A DNA stretch of 63,443 nt, counting the filler, from Deltaproteobacteria bacterium (lineage in GTDB: Bacteria > JAEEML01): NCBI GenBank assembly GCA_016283195.1. It is 4 parts of 4 records of this genome, joined end to end, with 100 filler letters (N's around TTAATTAATTAA, not from the genome) between each part and the next. Parts side by side here need not be neighbours in the genome. Positions count along the whole stretch, not along the records: positions 18,737 to 39,527 come from JAEEML010000149.1; 3 more parts are not named here. One strand, 5' to 3'. Numbering within the stretch: position 1 is the stretch's first letter; the number at the start of each line of letters is the position of its first letter. Under the pieces are notes generated by a model. It worked only from the letters and a program-made list of their open reading frames with translations, ran no database searches and was not told the origin of the DNA. Of this stretch, positions 19,940 through 29,884 are shown in pieces. Both the position numbers and the translations under genes were made by a program.

Positions 19940-21865
19940 TTATCCTTTTTTAGTTAAGGAACTTAAAGAGAGGGGCTGATACGGCTCGCCGCCTCCCGTA
20001 AAGCCAAGGTTTTTGTAAAATTCCACAAAAGTAAGACGGAGCGGGTGCACAAAGCTACTCACCAGCGAGAGGGCAAAGTTAATGGCATGGCCCAAAAGCA
20101 TGATGAGAATAGTAAAAATAGCGAGCGGTGTAGCCCAATCGGTAGCGCCGCTCTCGTTGGTAATGATTTTGAGCGCCAAATCATTAAACGAAGCGCCAAC
20201 AAGGCCGCTACCGAGCCCCAGAGCAAAGAGGCGGATATAAGAGAGCAAATCGCCCATAATGCCGGTAATAAAGCTATAGAGGTCGTAAAGACCGATAGCC
20301 GGGCGGATAAATATGCTCTTCTCCGGCGAGCCGAAAAAGAGGAGTAAAAAGATGCCGGCAAAAGTAAGCGCCATGCCGAGCCAATCGGGGCCCAAGGTGA
20401 GAATCCAGCCTAGTGGATAGCGCTCGCCTAGCGAGAAATCAGCCCAGCCCATATTAAGGAAATTAACTTTTGCTGCCCAGATGAGCGCACCCACAAACAT
20501 CAAAAGCGAGGAGAGGGGGCGGAGGGCATAGAGCGGGCCATTTAGGCGCCAGCTATTTACCATATTGATGATCATGCCCAAAGAGAGCTGCAAAAAGCCG
20601 CAAAGGAGGGCAAAACTCATAGCCGGATAGACCATGATGCCGCCCTTTTTGTAAGAGGCGAGCGGCGGCAAGATTTCTACATTTGGCAAAAGAGCGCCCT
20701 CTGTCCCCGGCCCGCCAAAGAGGGTGGCGCCGAAGAAAGTATTGAGTAAAAAGCCCGAAGCCAAAGTAGCGAGGCCCAAAACGCCTACGAGGCCCACCAA
20801 AGAGCGCATGTTTTTGGGCGCTTTAAAGAGCGCAATAAGCGCGGCCAGGCAAATGAGAGCGCCATAACCCACATCGCCCAAACAAACGCCGAAAAAGAGC
20901 GTAAAGAAGGGGGCCAAAAAGGGCGTTGTCTCCACTTCGTGATAATCGGGCAATTGATAAATCTCGGTAATGGGCAAAAAGAGGCGATTAAAGTGGTTGT
21001 TTTTAAACTTAATCGGCGCTGCTTCGCCCTCTTTTACCGCTGAAATTTCATAGTAGACATTATGGGTAGCCAAAAAGGCGCTAAGCTCTTTTTCGGCGGC
21101 GGCCGGGAAAAAGCCTTTTAGGGCCAAAATTTGCCCATCGAGGTAGCTCTTCATGTCGGCTTTAGCGCTGTCAAAGCCCAATTTGTCGCCTAAAAGAGCG
21201 GCATAACGCGTAAGATGGGCCGCGTTTTGGGCAAAAGAAGCAATTTCCTGCTGCACCTTTTCCCGCTCGCTACTAAGCGCTTTTTCCTGCTCTTTTAGCG
21301 TAGCGGCATCCTCCTTAGGCAGGTAAACATGCTCCGCTAGCGGCAATTTATCGGCGGCCAAAGTGGAAACAACATATACGAGGCCGCTTTGGCGGTTAAT
21401 CTCCAGCCAGAGCTCACCCTCGGGGTTAGCGCTTTTAAAGATATCTTCGCGCAAAATGTAAAAATTAAGGCCGAGGCCGGCCGCGGCCAATTTAGCGATA
21501 ACTTCCGGGTTGTAACTTCCCCAGGGCGCTATAGCCGCTAAATCCTTTTGCACCGCGATAAGCTCGTTATCCAGGCGATTTGCTTCGGCTTTGAGACTAT
21601 TAAAAGTAGCGATTAAATCTTTATAAAAGGCCAAATCCTCTTTAGCAGCTGGCAAATTATCCAGATCTTTAGCGCTAAGCGGCGGGAGCTCTTTTAAAAC
21701 CTGTTGCACCTCTTTTAAAGCGGTTTGGGTTTCCAAAAGAGAGCTCTTTTCGCCTTTAGCGAGCTCATCCACATGGACCAGCCCCAATTTTTGCAAACCG
21801 CTTAGCACTTCGTCGCGGTCGCTATGGTGCAGAAGCATGAGGAGCTTTTTCATGGTAACAATCAT
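19940..21865 (-). CDS. ntpI: V/A-type ATPase subunit I
   Basis: FFGVCLGDVGYG, SYIRLFALGL, VHPLRLTFVEF. Confidence 0.95.
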   Translation of the reverse strand: MIVTMKKLLMLLHHSDRDEVLSGLQKLGLVHVDELAKGEKSSLLETQTALKEVQQVLKELPPLSAKDLDNLPAAKEDLAFYKDLIATFNSLKAEANRLDNELIAVQKDLAAIAPWGSYNPEVIAKLAAAGLGLNFYILREDIFKSANPEGELWLEINRQSGLVYVVSTLAADKLPLAEHVYLPKEDAATLKEQEKALSSEREKVQQEIASFAQNAAHLTRYAALLGDKLGFDSAKADMKSYLDGQILALKGFFPAAAEKELSAFLATHNVYYEISAVKEGEAAPIKFKNNHFNRLFLPITEIYQLPDYHEVETTPFLAPFFTLFFGVCLGDVGYGALICLAALIALFKAPKNMRSLVGLVGVLGLATLASGFLLNTFFGATLFGGPGTEGALLPNVEILPPLASYKKGGIMVYPAMSFALLCGFLQLSLGMIINMVNSWRLNGPLYALRPLSSLLMFVGALIWAAKVNFLNMGWADFSLGERYPLGWILTLGPDWLGMALTFAGIFLLLFFGSPEKSIFIRPAIGLYDLYSFITGIMGDLLSYIRLFALGLGSGLVGASFNDLALKIITNESGATDWATPLAIFTILIMLLGHAINFALSLVSSFVHPLRLTFVEFYKNLGFTGGGEPYQPLSLSSLTKKG

Positions 21866-22470
21866 AATGCTTCCTCCTGCTCTTCGGCGGCCAGCTTTTC
21901 TTTCAAAATCTTTTGCGATGACTTGGCCAGATTTTCTTCATCTTCCATGTAGCGCTTGATTTTGAGGATAGACTCTTTATAGCCGGGAATTTGCACTTTT
22001 TCGTACAAATTGACCTTTTGGGTGGTCTTTTTGCGGGCATATTCCAAAATATCGGTGGTGTGTTTGGCAATTTCCAGACGCACGGAGAGCTCAATGAGCC
22101 CCTTATAGAGCTCAATGCCGCGCGGCAGCCAGCTGGGGCGGCTCACCAGGCTCTCTTCATCGAGCACAAAGTGAATCTCTTTTAGCGCGGGGATATTAAC
22201 GCCGGCAATAACCCGGCCACTCACATCTATCTTCTCCACTTTAACGAGATTTTGCGGAAACTCATCCCAAAGGCGATAAGTGGGCGCCAAATCGTTTTGC
22301 ATCTTTTCGTAAGAAGCCGAAAGCTCTTTTACGGTATTACGGGCCTTTTTTACTTCCAGGCGCAGGGCTGACTCCTTGGCCTGCAAGGTGGGGAGAGCCT
22401 TTTCCCGCATAGCCAGATCTTTTCTCAGTTTATTGAGAAAAGTCTTATTATATTGAAACTTTAAGGCCAT
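21862..22470 (-). CDS. ntpD: V/A-type ATPase subunit D
   Basis: LPTLQAKESAL, TTQKVNLYEKVQIP. Confidence 0.95.
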   Translation of the reverse strand: MALKFQYNKTFLNKLRKDLAMREKALPTLQAKESALRLEVKKARNTVKELSASYEKMQNDLAPTYRLWDEFPQNLVKVEKIDVSGRVIAGVNIPALKEIHFVLDEESLVSRPSWLPRGIELYKGLIELSVRLEIAKHTTDILEYARKKTTQKVNLYEKVQIPGYKESILKIKRYMEDEENLAKSSQKILKEKLAAEEQEEAL

Positions 22471-22485
22471 TTACCCCTCCGCGGC

Positions 22486-23811
22486 CTACTTCTCAGCCGG
22501 CCAATACTTTTCGGTAAAGACCTGCTTGATGGCCACTTCGTCTTTGGTGAAATATTTGCCAAAGAGGCGCCAGGCGGTATCCAGCATCTCATCGACTTTG
22601 ATATTTACATCAATAGCCAAAAGCTTTTCGGAATACTCTTTGGCAAATTCCAAAGTGCGCCGGTCGTAATCGGAGAGGTCAAAGCCATTTTCCAATTTGG
22701 TTTTGGCGCTAGCCGCATCGGCATAGAGGCGCACGGCGGCGTTCATCACCTGCGGATGGTCGGCGCGCGTTTTTTTGCCGATAACCTGCTGTTTAAGACG
22801 CGACAGCGAGCGGAAGGGGTCGATGATGACCTTGCTGACATCGGTATCGCGGCGCAGGTATAACTGGCCTTCGGTAATGTAACCGGTATTATCGGGAATG
22901 GCGTGGGTAATATCGCCGCCATTCAGCGTGGTAACAGCCACCAGCGTGATGGAACCGCCATTGGGGAACTGGGCCGCTTTTTCGTAAATTTTGGCCAAAT
23001 CACTATAGAGCGAGCCGGGCATACTGTCTTTGGAAGGAATTTGATCCATACGGTTCGAGACAATAGCCAGAGCATCGGCATAAAGCGTCATATCGGTTAA
23101 AAGACAGAGCACTTTTTGCCCTTTTTCCACCGCAAAATACTCAGCGGCGGTGAGGCACATATCGGGCACCAAAAGGCGCTCAACCGGCGGGTCACCGGTG
23201 GTATTCATAAAGCAAACAATGCGGTCTAAAGCGCCGGCATTTTCAAAGAGCTGGCGGAAGAAAAGAAAATCATCGTTACTCATGCCCATACCGCCCAAAA
23301 TGATGATATCGGCCTGGGCTCTTAGAGCAACTGTCGCCATAACTGAGTTATAGGGCTGATCGGCATCGGCAAAGAAGGGAATTTTCTGGCCGGTAACCAA
23401 GGTGTTATTCATATCGATACCGGCAATACCGGTGGCGATGAGCTCGGACGGCTCCTGGCGGCGCACTGGATTACAGGAAGGGCCGCCAATTTCCACCTCT
23501 TTGCCGTTGACCTCCGGGCCGCCGTCGATGGGGTGGCCAAAGGGGTTAAAAAAGCGGCCTTTCAGCTCATCGCTCACTTTGAGAGTCGGCGGCTTGCCGG
23601 TAAAGACCACTTCGGCATTGGTGGCAATACCCTGGGTGCCGGTAAAAATCTGCAAAGTAACGGCTTCACCGTCAATTTTCACCACCTGCGCCGGGCGGCC
23701 ATCTACATAGGCCATCTCTTCGTTGGTAATGCCCTGCGCTTTTACTGTACAGGTGGCTTTGGTGATGTTTTCTATCTTGGTATAGACCTTTTGAAAGGCT
23801 TTGGTATTCAC
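22486..23811 (-). CDS. ntpB: V/A-type ATPase subunit B
   Basis: GQKIPFF, LTDMTLYADAL, PGSLYSDLA, PDNTGYITEGQ; GTG start. Confidence 0.96.
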   Translation of the reverse strand: MNTKAFQKVYTKIENITKATCTVKAQGITNEEMAYVDGRPAQVVKIDGEAVTLQIFTGTQGIATNAEVVFTGKPPTLKVSDELKGRFFNPFGHPIDGGPEVNGKEVEIGGPSCNPVRRQEPSELIATGIAGIDMNNTLVTGQKIPFFADADQPYNSVMATVALRAQADIIILGGMGMSNDDFLFFRQLFENAGALDRIVCFMNTTGDPPVERLLVPDMCLTAAEYFAVEKGQKVLCLLTDMTLYADALAIVSNRMDQIPSKDSMPGSLYSDLAKIYEKAAQFPNGGSITLVAVTTLNGGDITHAIPDNTGYITEGQLYLRRDTDVSKVIIDPFRSLSRLKQQVIGKKTRADHPQVMNAAVRLYADAASAKTKLENGFDLSDYDRRTLEFAKEYSEKLLAIDVNIKVDEMLDTAWRLFGKYFTKDEVAIKQVFTEKYWPAEK

Positions 23812-23813
23812 GC

Positions 23814-25568
23814 TTATGCCCTCCTCTCGGCGATCATGGCCATGAGCTGCTCTTTCAGGCTGTTAAAGCTGTCGCTCTCAAATTCCTGATAATTCATCTG
23901 TTTCATCAGGTTGATGAGCTTTTTGAAATAAGCGCTCACCAGCTCAAAGGAATCAAAATTAAAATCGCTATCGCAAATGCCTAAAACCAAATCCACCATA
24001 AATTTTTGCCGGGGCAGAGGAGTTGAGGCATCAATTTTGTCAAAAGCATCCTGTTGCAAAATAACAAAGTCGATAACTTCCGATTTATTAAAGAGAATAT
24101 GGTAATTAACCGGCACGCCGTCATCACCTAAAATATTGATTTGATCCTGCGCTTCGCGGCCTCTTAGGAGAATATCTTTCAGGCGCATGACCTTATCGGC
24201 CCAGCCTTTTTCCACTGTGCTGTCGAGGTAAGCGACAACTTCGGGATATTCCAGATATTTGGAATAAGAGTCAATGGGATCAACTGCCGGATAGCGCTTG
24301 GAATCGGCCCGCGGCTGAGCCAGAGCGTAGAAGCAGCGAGCCGCTTTTTTGGTGGACTCAACCACCGGCTCTTTTAAGTTACCGCCGGCCGGGGAAACGG
24401 TGCCGATAAAGGTGATAGATCCGCTCTTGCCGTTATTTAAATTGACATAGCCGGCCCGGGCATAAAAGCTGGAAATGATTGCTGAAAGATCCATCGGGAA
24501 AGCGTCGGGGCCGGGCAGCTCTTCCATGCGGTTACTCATCTCGCGGAGAGCCTGGGCCCAGCGGGAGGTGGAGTCGGCAAGTAAAAGCACTTTAAGGCCC
24601 ATCATGCGGTAATACTCGGCAATAGTCATGCCGGTATAAACCGAAGCTTCGCGGGCGGCCACCGGCATATTGGAAGTATTACAAATGATGATGGTGCGCT
24701 CGGAGAGTTTGCGCCCGGTGCGCGGATCATCGAGCTCCGGGAAGGTGGAGAAGATTTCCACTACTTCGTTAGCACGCTCGCCGCAGGCCACAATGATGAT
24801 GAGATCGGCTTCGGCATATTTAGCGAGGGCGTGCTGCAAAACCGTTTTACCGCAACCAAAGGGGCCGGGAATAAAGCCGGTGCCGCCTTCGGCGATGGGA
24901 TTTAAGGTGTCGATGGTTCTAACACCGGTTTCCATAATCTTAAAGGGGCGGGGCTTATCTTTGTAGCCGGTGACTTCCACTTTTACCGGCCATTTCATAG
25001 TCATGGTGACCTTTTTTTCTTCGCCGGCGGCGTTTTTGATGGTGGCCATCACGTCGTCAACGGTGTAATCGCCGGCAGAGGCCAGAGAAGCGATAGTCCA
25101 TTCGCCTTTTATATCAAAGGGCACCATGATTTTGTGCGGCACCCAACCCTCTTTGACTTCGCCCAGCCAAGAAGCGGCTTTTACTTTGTCGCCCACTTTG
25201 GCAAGCGGGGTAAAGTGCCACTTTTTAACTCTGTCCAGCGGGTCGGTATATTGGCCGCGCTTCAAAAAGACGCCTTCCATCTTTTCCAAATCGTTTTGCA
25301 AGCCGTCATATTTTTGCGAAAGCATACCGGGGCCCAAAGTTACTTCCAGCATGTGGCCGGTAAAGCGCACAGTGTCGCCGGTGCGCATGCCGCGGGTGCT
25401 TTCAAAAACCTGAGCAAAAGCCCGTTTGCCACGGATTTTAATCACCTCGGCCATGAGCTCGGTGCCCTTTAGGTTGATGTAACAGACTTCATTTTGGCCC
25501 ACCGGTCCATCGACTTCGATAGTGACCAAATTGGAGACAATACCTACTACTTTTCCCTGAGTGCTCAT
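23814..25568 (-). CDS. ntpA: V/A-type ATPase subunit A
   Basis: Walker A GPFGCGKT, CGERANE, NTSNMPVAAREAS, DSTSRWAQALRE. Confidence 0.97.
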   Translation of the reverse strand: MSTQGKVVGIVSNLVTIEVDGPVGQNEVCYINLKGTELMAEVIKIRGKRAFAQVFESTRGMRTGDTVRFTGHMLEVTLGPGMLSQKYDGLQNDLEKMEGVFLKRGQYTDPLDRVKKWHFTPLAKVGDKVKAASWLGEVKEGWVPHKIMVPFDIKGEWTIASLASAGDYTVDDVMATIKNAAGEEKKVTMTMKWPVKVEVTGYKDKPRPFKIMETGVRTIDTLNPIAEGGTGFIPGPFGCGKTVLQHALAKYAEADLIIIVACGERANEVVEIFSTFPELDDPRTGRKLSERTIIICNTSNMPVAAREASVYTGMTIAEYYRMMGLKVLLLADSTSRWAQALREMSNRMEELPGPDAFPMDLSAIISSFYARAGYVNLNNGKSGSITFIGTVSPAGGNLKEPVVESTKKAARCFYALAQPRADSKRYPAVDPIDSYSKYLEYPEVVAYLDSTVEKGWADKVMRLKDILLRGREAQDQINILGDDGVPVNYHILFNKSEVIDFVILQQDAFDKIDASTPLPRQKFMVDLVLGICDSDFNFDSFELVSAYFKKLINLMKQMNYQEFESDSFNSLKEQLMAMIAERRA

Positions 25569-25571
25569 ATT

Positions 25572-26426
25572 TCACCTGGTTCCTGCATGGATAGCGGCAG
25601 CAATATCAAATTGCCCTCTGGCGGCAGCCAAAAGACTTTTGAGGGTTTTCTCACCGCTTTCTTTATCTAAATTTTGCCAACGCTGGGCAATAGCTGCCCT
25701 GAGGCAGGTGGCTAAAACAATTTCTATCCCGAATATCGAGCCACCGGCGAGGTCGTCAATAACGCTAAGGCGCAGTTCATCAAGCGCTTTTTCATATTCT
25801 TCCAGATTATCTTTGGAAAGAGCGCTGATTTTTTCCACCCAGGGCAAAAAGGGCGAGAGGCCAAAATCAGGTGCGGAAGAGCGCAAAATTTGCTCTTTAA
25901 AGCTGTCCGCGCCCAAAAGATAAGCGGAAAGGGGCTTTTTAGCGGCGCCGTTTTTATTAATAATATCGCGGTAATTGATGGCAGCCAGCACGTTTCTGAG
26001 GTCGAGCTCAAAGCGGTAATATTCGGTAATAAAATGATTATCTAAAGCGAGAACTTCATTAAAGAAGAGCTCAAAAAGCTGATCTTCCCAGGAGAGGTCG
26101 CTATTTAAGGGGCGCTTTTCCTGGTAAGCACGAATAAAAATGAGCATATAATCGGGCAGCTCGCCGCTGCCTTTAAGCTGCTTTTCCAGCTCCTCCCAGC
26201 TAAAATTGCCGCGCTCATCAAAAGTAAAATCGCTTTCGCCCTTTAAAAGGGCCAGCAAATTACTATGGTCATAAGGATAGCGGATAAAGGGAAAGAGCAC
26301 ACTGTCGGTGGGCGACACCAAAGCGGCGCAATCGGCGACTAAAGCGGGAAAATCCACCGCTTCCTTGCCTTTATCCAGGCTTATTTCCGGAAGCCCAGCT
26401 GCCAGATAGTAATACTCACTGGCCAT
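25572..26426 (-). CDS. DUF2764 family protein (V-ATPase subunit C-like)
   Basis: YYYLAAGLP N-terminus, LRNVLAA, RWQNLD.E.G; position between subunits E and A. Confidence 0.8.
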   Translation of the reverse strand: MASEYYYLAAGLPEISLDKGKEAVDFPALVADCAALVSPTDSVLFPFIRYPYDHSNLLALLKGESDFTFDERGNFSWEELEKQLKGSGELPDYMLIFIRAYQEKRPLNSDLSWEDQLFELFFNEVLALDNHFITEYYRFELDLRNVLAAINYRDIINKNGAAKKPLSAYLLGADSFKEQILRSSAPDFGLSPFLPWVEKISALSKDNLEEYEKALDELRLSVIDDLAGGSIFGIEIVLATCLRAAIAQRWQNLDKESGEKTLKSLLAAARGQFDIAAAIHAGTR

Positions 26427-26429
26427 TAT

Positions 26430-27044
26430 TTATTCCCCAAAAATGAGCTTTCTGGAAGCTGGGCGAATATATGAAGCAAAGAGTTCTTTGAAATCAGCTT
26501 CACTCATGGTGATTTGGTAAGAGCCGTTTTTCGGGCCGATGGTAAAGCCGCCCTTTAAGTTTCCGGCAAATTCCAGTGTGAGGCCGCTATCCAGGAGCTT
26601 TTTAAGAGCCACTTTTAAAGCGCTATCCAGCTGCTCTTTTTTGGCTGCCGGGAGCAAAACGGTTAAATCGGCAGCGGCAGCGGAGTCGGAGGCAAAAGCG
26701 GCGGTGGCACTTTCGATGAGATTGCCCAGCACCTTGGGGTCATCAAGAGCTTCACCCAGAGCTTTATCCAGCATTTTGGCGCTCACCAGGTCGATAATCT
26801 GCTGCTTTAACTGGGCGACCATCTTTTGAGAAGCCAGTTTCATCTCGGTTTCGTTGTTGCGCTTCTGCTCTAAAGCTTCTTTTTCGGCTTCGGCGATAAT
26901 GGCTTTGGCCTCTTCACGGGCCTTTTTAATAATAGCCGCCGCCTCTTCTTCGGCTTTAGCTACCTTCTTTTGGGCCTCTTCTTCACCTTTTTTGAGACCT
27001 TCGCTGTAAAGTTTATCAGTTAGTGCTTGCAATTTATCTTCCAT
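26430..27044 (-). CDS. ntpE: V/A-type ATPase subunit E
   Basis: MEDKLQALTDKLYSEGL..G.EEA, GGFTIGPKNGSY, YIRP; start moved to ATG 27044. Confidence 0.88.
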   Translation of the reverse strand: MEDKLQALTDKLYSEGLKKGEEEAQKKVAKAEEEAAAIIKKAREEAKAIIAEAEKEALEQKRNNETEMKLASQKMVAQLKQQIIDLVSAKMLDKALGEALDDPKVLGNLIESATAAFASDSAAAADLTVLLPAAKKEQLDSALKVALKKLLDSGLTLEFAGNLKGGFTIGPKNGSYQITMSEADFKELFASYIRPASRKLIFGE

Positions 27045-27323
27045 GGTCAAACCTCGCACAAAAAGACCTCCATCCTTTAACAACAAATAAGCTATTAATG
27101 CCAGAGTTATTTTTTTACAAAAGGTGAAAAACAATTTTAAAGCGCTCTGCCGGCGGCCGGGATTTCCTGGCTTCCGGCTCTTTCCCTTGGCGGGAACATT
27201 ATTATTTATGCTTATATTTCAAGCTTTTGGCTGCTTCGTTGACAGGAAGTTGAGACTTCATGTATCTATGCTGCTTGGGCGCTGGAGAATATGCTCTACA
27301 CCAATAACATCAAGGAGAATTTT

Positions 27324-27977
27324 ATGAAAAAATACGCTAAGATAATTATGAGTTTTATGCTGCTCGGTCTCATGCCCTTTGGCGCGGTAAGTTGCGGAAC
27401 TGCAGAGGAGGAAACCCCGGCAATCAAAGCCGAGGATTACAAAACAGTGACCATCGACGGCAAAACCTGGATGGCCGAAAATCTAAAGTATGAATCCAGT
27501 GAATTTAAATGTTACGGCGAATCCACTGAAGATTACAAAGAAAAATACGGCTGTCTTTATAGCTGGGAAGCGGCCAAAAAAATCTGCCCTGCGGGCTGGC
27601 ATCTGCCATCTTATGATGAAGCCAAGGCGCTACTCGATTATGCTTATGATAATCGCGACGACGATAGCACCTTCCTCTCGCTTATTGCCAAAGATTCTGC
27701 TTGGGAAGAATACCCCAAGCAGGGCAATAATAAATTTGGCTTTTCGGCTATGCCGGCGGGCATAATAATCGATACTTTTCATATAGAAACCGGCGTCAGT
27801 ACTGGTTTTTGGACTTCCACCGCCTCTGACGAAACCGGCGCCCATGTTTTGTACCTGGGGTTTGTGGGCTTTACTCCCATCTCTTTTATTGTGCCCATCG
27901 GAGTTACTAACGCCGCCATTATGCAAACATTTATAACCGAAACAGGCCGCTTTTCCGTGCGCTGCGTAAAAGATTAA
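27324..27977 (+). CDS. Lipoprotein with FISUMP domain, copy 3 (no stalk)
   Basis: Lipobox AVSC; YKTVTIDGKTWMAENL, YGCLYSW, CPAGWHLPS, FGFSAMPAG, SVRCVKD; AAGGAG RBS. Confidence 0.88.
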   Translation: MKKYAKIIMSFMLLGLMPFGAVSCGTAEEETPAIKAEDYKTVTIDGKTWMAENLKYESSEFKCYGESTEDYKEKYGCLYSWEAAKKICPAGWHLPSYDEAKALLDYAYDNRDDDSTFLSLIAKDSAWEEYPKQGNNKFGFSAMPAGIIIDTFHIETGVSTGFWTSTASDETGAHVLYLGFVGFTPISFIVPIGVTNAAIMQTFITETGRFSVRCVKD

Positions 27978-28076
27978 TAAGAAGAATTTGCGCTTACCCA
28001 GCCTCCTGCCAAATACAGTTAAAATATAAGCGCCGGCCGTGAGGTTTTTAGCTTAAACTCTTGGGCGCGCCTTGCG

Positions 28077-28113
28077 GAAAATTATAGACAATACCCCGGC
28101 AAGAGATTAGTAA
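28077..28113 (+). repeat. 37-bp promoter-like direct repeat, copy A
   Basis: gaaaattatagacaataccccggcaagagattagtaa; 31/37 identical to copy B. Confidence 0.8.
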
Positions 28114-28152
28114 GTATGGGCTCCTCCGGGAGAAAATTTTAGTGAGGATAAA

Positions 28153-28947
28153 ATGCGTCTAAAAGAAGTAGCTAGGCATTTATTACCGGCGCCACTTTAT
28201 AATGGTGCGGAAAAAGTAGCGCGCAAAATAAGCTGGCAGCTACGCTATCGGGGGAACACCTATTATTGCCCCTGCTGTGCTCAGCGTTCCGGCTCATTTA
28301 AAAAATTTCGTTCCAAAAGTATCGACCTAGAGCGCTTAAAACCGCAAAATAGCGCCGTGCGTTGCCCAATATGTCATTCACTCCCGCGTCATCGCATTAT
28401 TGCCCACTACCTTAGTAAAAACACACTCCCCCAGCTTACGGCCGGGCCCTTTATCTTTTTTGCTCCGGAACAGGCGCTCATTAACTACTTTAAAAAAGCC
28501 GATATTCACTACCAAAGCGCCGATCTTTTTAGAAAAGATGTTGATTTGCACATCAGTATTACAGATATGCCTTTTGAAGGTGGCACTATTTCGGCCATTA
28601 TGTGCAACCACGTACTGGAACATGTAGACGATTATAAAAAGGCCTTAAGGGAAATAGCGCGGGTTTTACAGCCCGGCGGCCTTTTTCTTTTTACTGTTCC
28701 CATGAAGAGTGATTTAGAAAAAACTATTGAAGATCCTACTGTTACCGATCCGAAGGAACGCATAAAACGCTTTGGCCGCTTTGACCACCTGCGCCTCTTT
28801 GGCCTTGATTTGCTGGCCGTTTTGCGCGCGAGTGGCTTTAGTGTGGATATTATCAAAGGTGATGAACTGCCGGCTGAGATAATGCCGGTTACCGGGCCGG
28901 TTGATTATGACATTAACTGGCTCTTTGTTTGTACCAAAAACAGTTAA
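28153..28947 (+). CDS. Class I SAM-dependent methyltransferase
   Basis: N-terminal CPCC/CPIC pair, FAPE, CNHVLEHV, RVLQPGG, FG..DHLR. Confidence 0.85.
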   Translation: MRLKEVARHLLPAPLYNGAEKVARKISWQLRYRGNTYYCPCCAQRSGSFKKFRSKSIDLERLKPQNSAVRCPICHSLPRHRIIAHYLSKNTLPQLTAGPFIFFAPEQALINYFKKADIHYQSADLFRKDVDLHISITDMPFEGGTISAIMCNHVLEHVDDYKKALREIARVLQPGGLFLFTVPMKSDLEKTIEDPTVTDPKERIKRFGRFDHLRLFGLDLLAVLRASGFSVDIIKGDELPAEIMPVTGPVDYDINWLFVCTKNS

Positions 28948-28968
28948 ATCTAAAGACCCGTTAGTCCA

Positions 28969-29005
28969 GAAAATTATGGACAACATCTTGGCAAGAGGTT
29001 AGTAA
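28969..29005 (+). repeat. 37-bp promoter-like direct repeat, copy B
   Basis: gaaaattatggacaacatcttggcaagaggttagtaa upstream of lgt. Confidence 0.8.
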
Positions 29006-29033
29006 AGGTAAGCTCTTTTTTTGAGGAGGCACT

Positions 29034-29864
29034 ATGATTCCTTATATTGATATTCCCCCACTGCCGCTCATCGGCGAACTTAAAATACAGCCTTTTGGCT
29101 TTTTAGTTTTTTTGGCTCTCCTTGCGGCTTACCATACCGCTATATGGCACGGGCGGCAAAAACAGCAGGATCTTAACAAAATAGGCACCCTGGTGGTTTG
29201 GGTGGTGGTGGGCGCTTTTGTTATGGCCCACGTGGTTTCGGTAGTTTTTTACTTCCCCGAGCGCCTTAGGGAAAACCCCTTGGAAATTTTTTACATTTGG
29301 TCTTCGCTCTCCTCTTATGGCGGCTTTTTCGGCGGCACGGTGGCGGCGCTCATTTATCTCAAAAAAGAGAAACTGCCGGTATTGCCTTATTGCGATACTC
29401 TCGCCATTGCTCTGGTTACTGCTTGGTTCTTTGGACGCATGGGGTGCAGTGTGGCCCACGACCATCCAGGTAGCCCAACCAGCCTCTTCTTTGGCGTAAA
29501 TTATCCCGGCGGGCCGCATCACGACCTCGGCTTTGAAGAGTGGGTCTTTACCGTTTTTCTGGTTGTTGTGGTCTTTATTTTGCGCCATAAAAATCCCCGT
29601 CCGGGCGTTATTTTAACTACAATTGTCATTCTCTATGCCCCGGTGCGCTTTATGATGGATTATTCCCGCACGGTGGATAAGCTCTATTTTGGCTTTACTC
29701 CCGGCCAATACTTTTCTGCGGCTCTCTTTCTTATTGGCGTTGGGCTTTTAGCGAAACTCCTGCATGGGAGCCCAGCGGCCGCTTTGGCTGTAGGCGTGGA
29801 AGGGGCTACTCCGGCCGAGCCGGAAAAGACAAAGCGCAAAAATAAGAAGAATAAGAAGAAATAG
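29034..29864 (+). CDS. lgt: Prolipoprotein diacylglyceryl transferase
   Basis: LSSYGGFFG, FGRMGCSVAHDHPG, RFMMDY.R, TPGQY; multiple TM segments. Confidence 0.88.
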   Translation: MIPYIDIPPLPLIGELKIQPFGFLVFLALLAAYHTAIWHGRQKQQDLNKIGTLVVWVVVGAFVMAHVVSVVFYFPERLRENPLEIFYIWSSLSSYGGFFGGTVAALIYLKKEKLPVLPYCDTLAIALVTAWFFGRMGCSVAHDHPGSPTSLFFGVNYPGGPHHDLGFEEWVFTVFLVVVVFILRHKNPRPGVILTTIVILYAPVRFMMDYSRTVDKLYFGFTPGQYFSAALFLIGVGLLAKLLHGSPAAALAVGVEGATPAEPEKTKRKNKKNKKK

Positions 29865-29884
29865 GCGGTTAATCAGCGGAAGCT

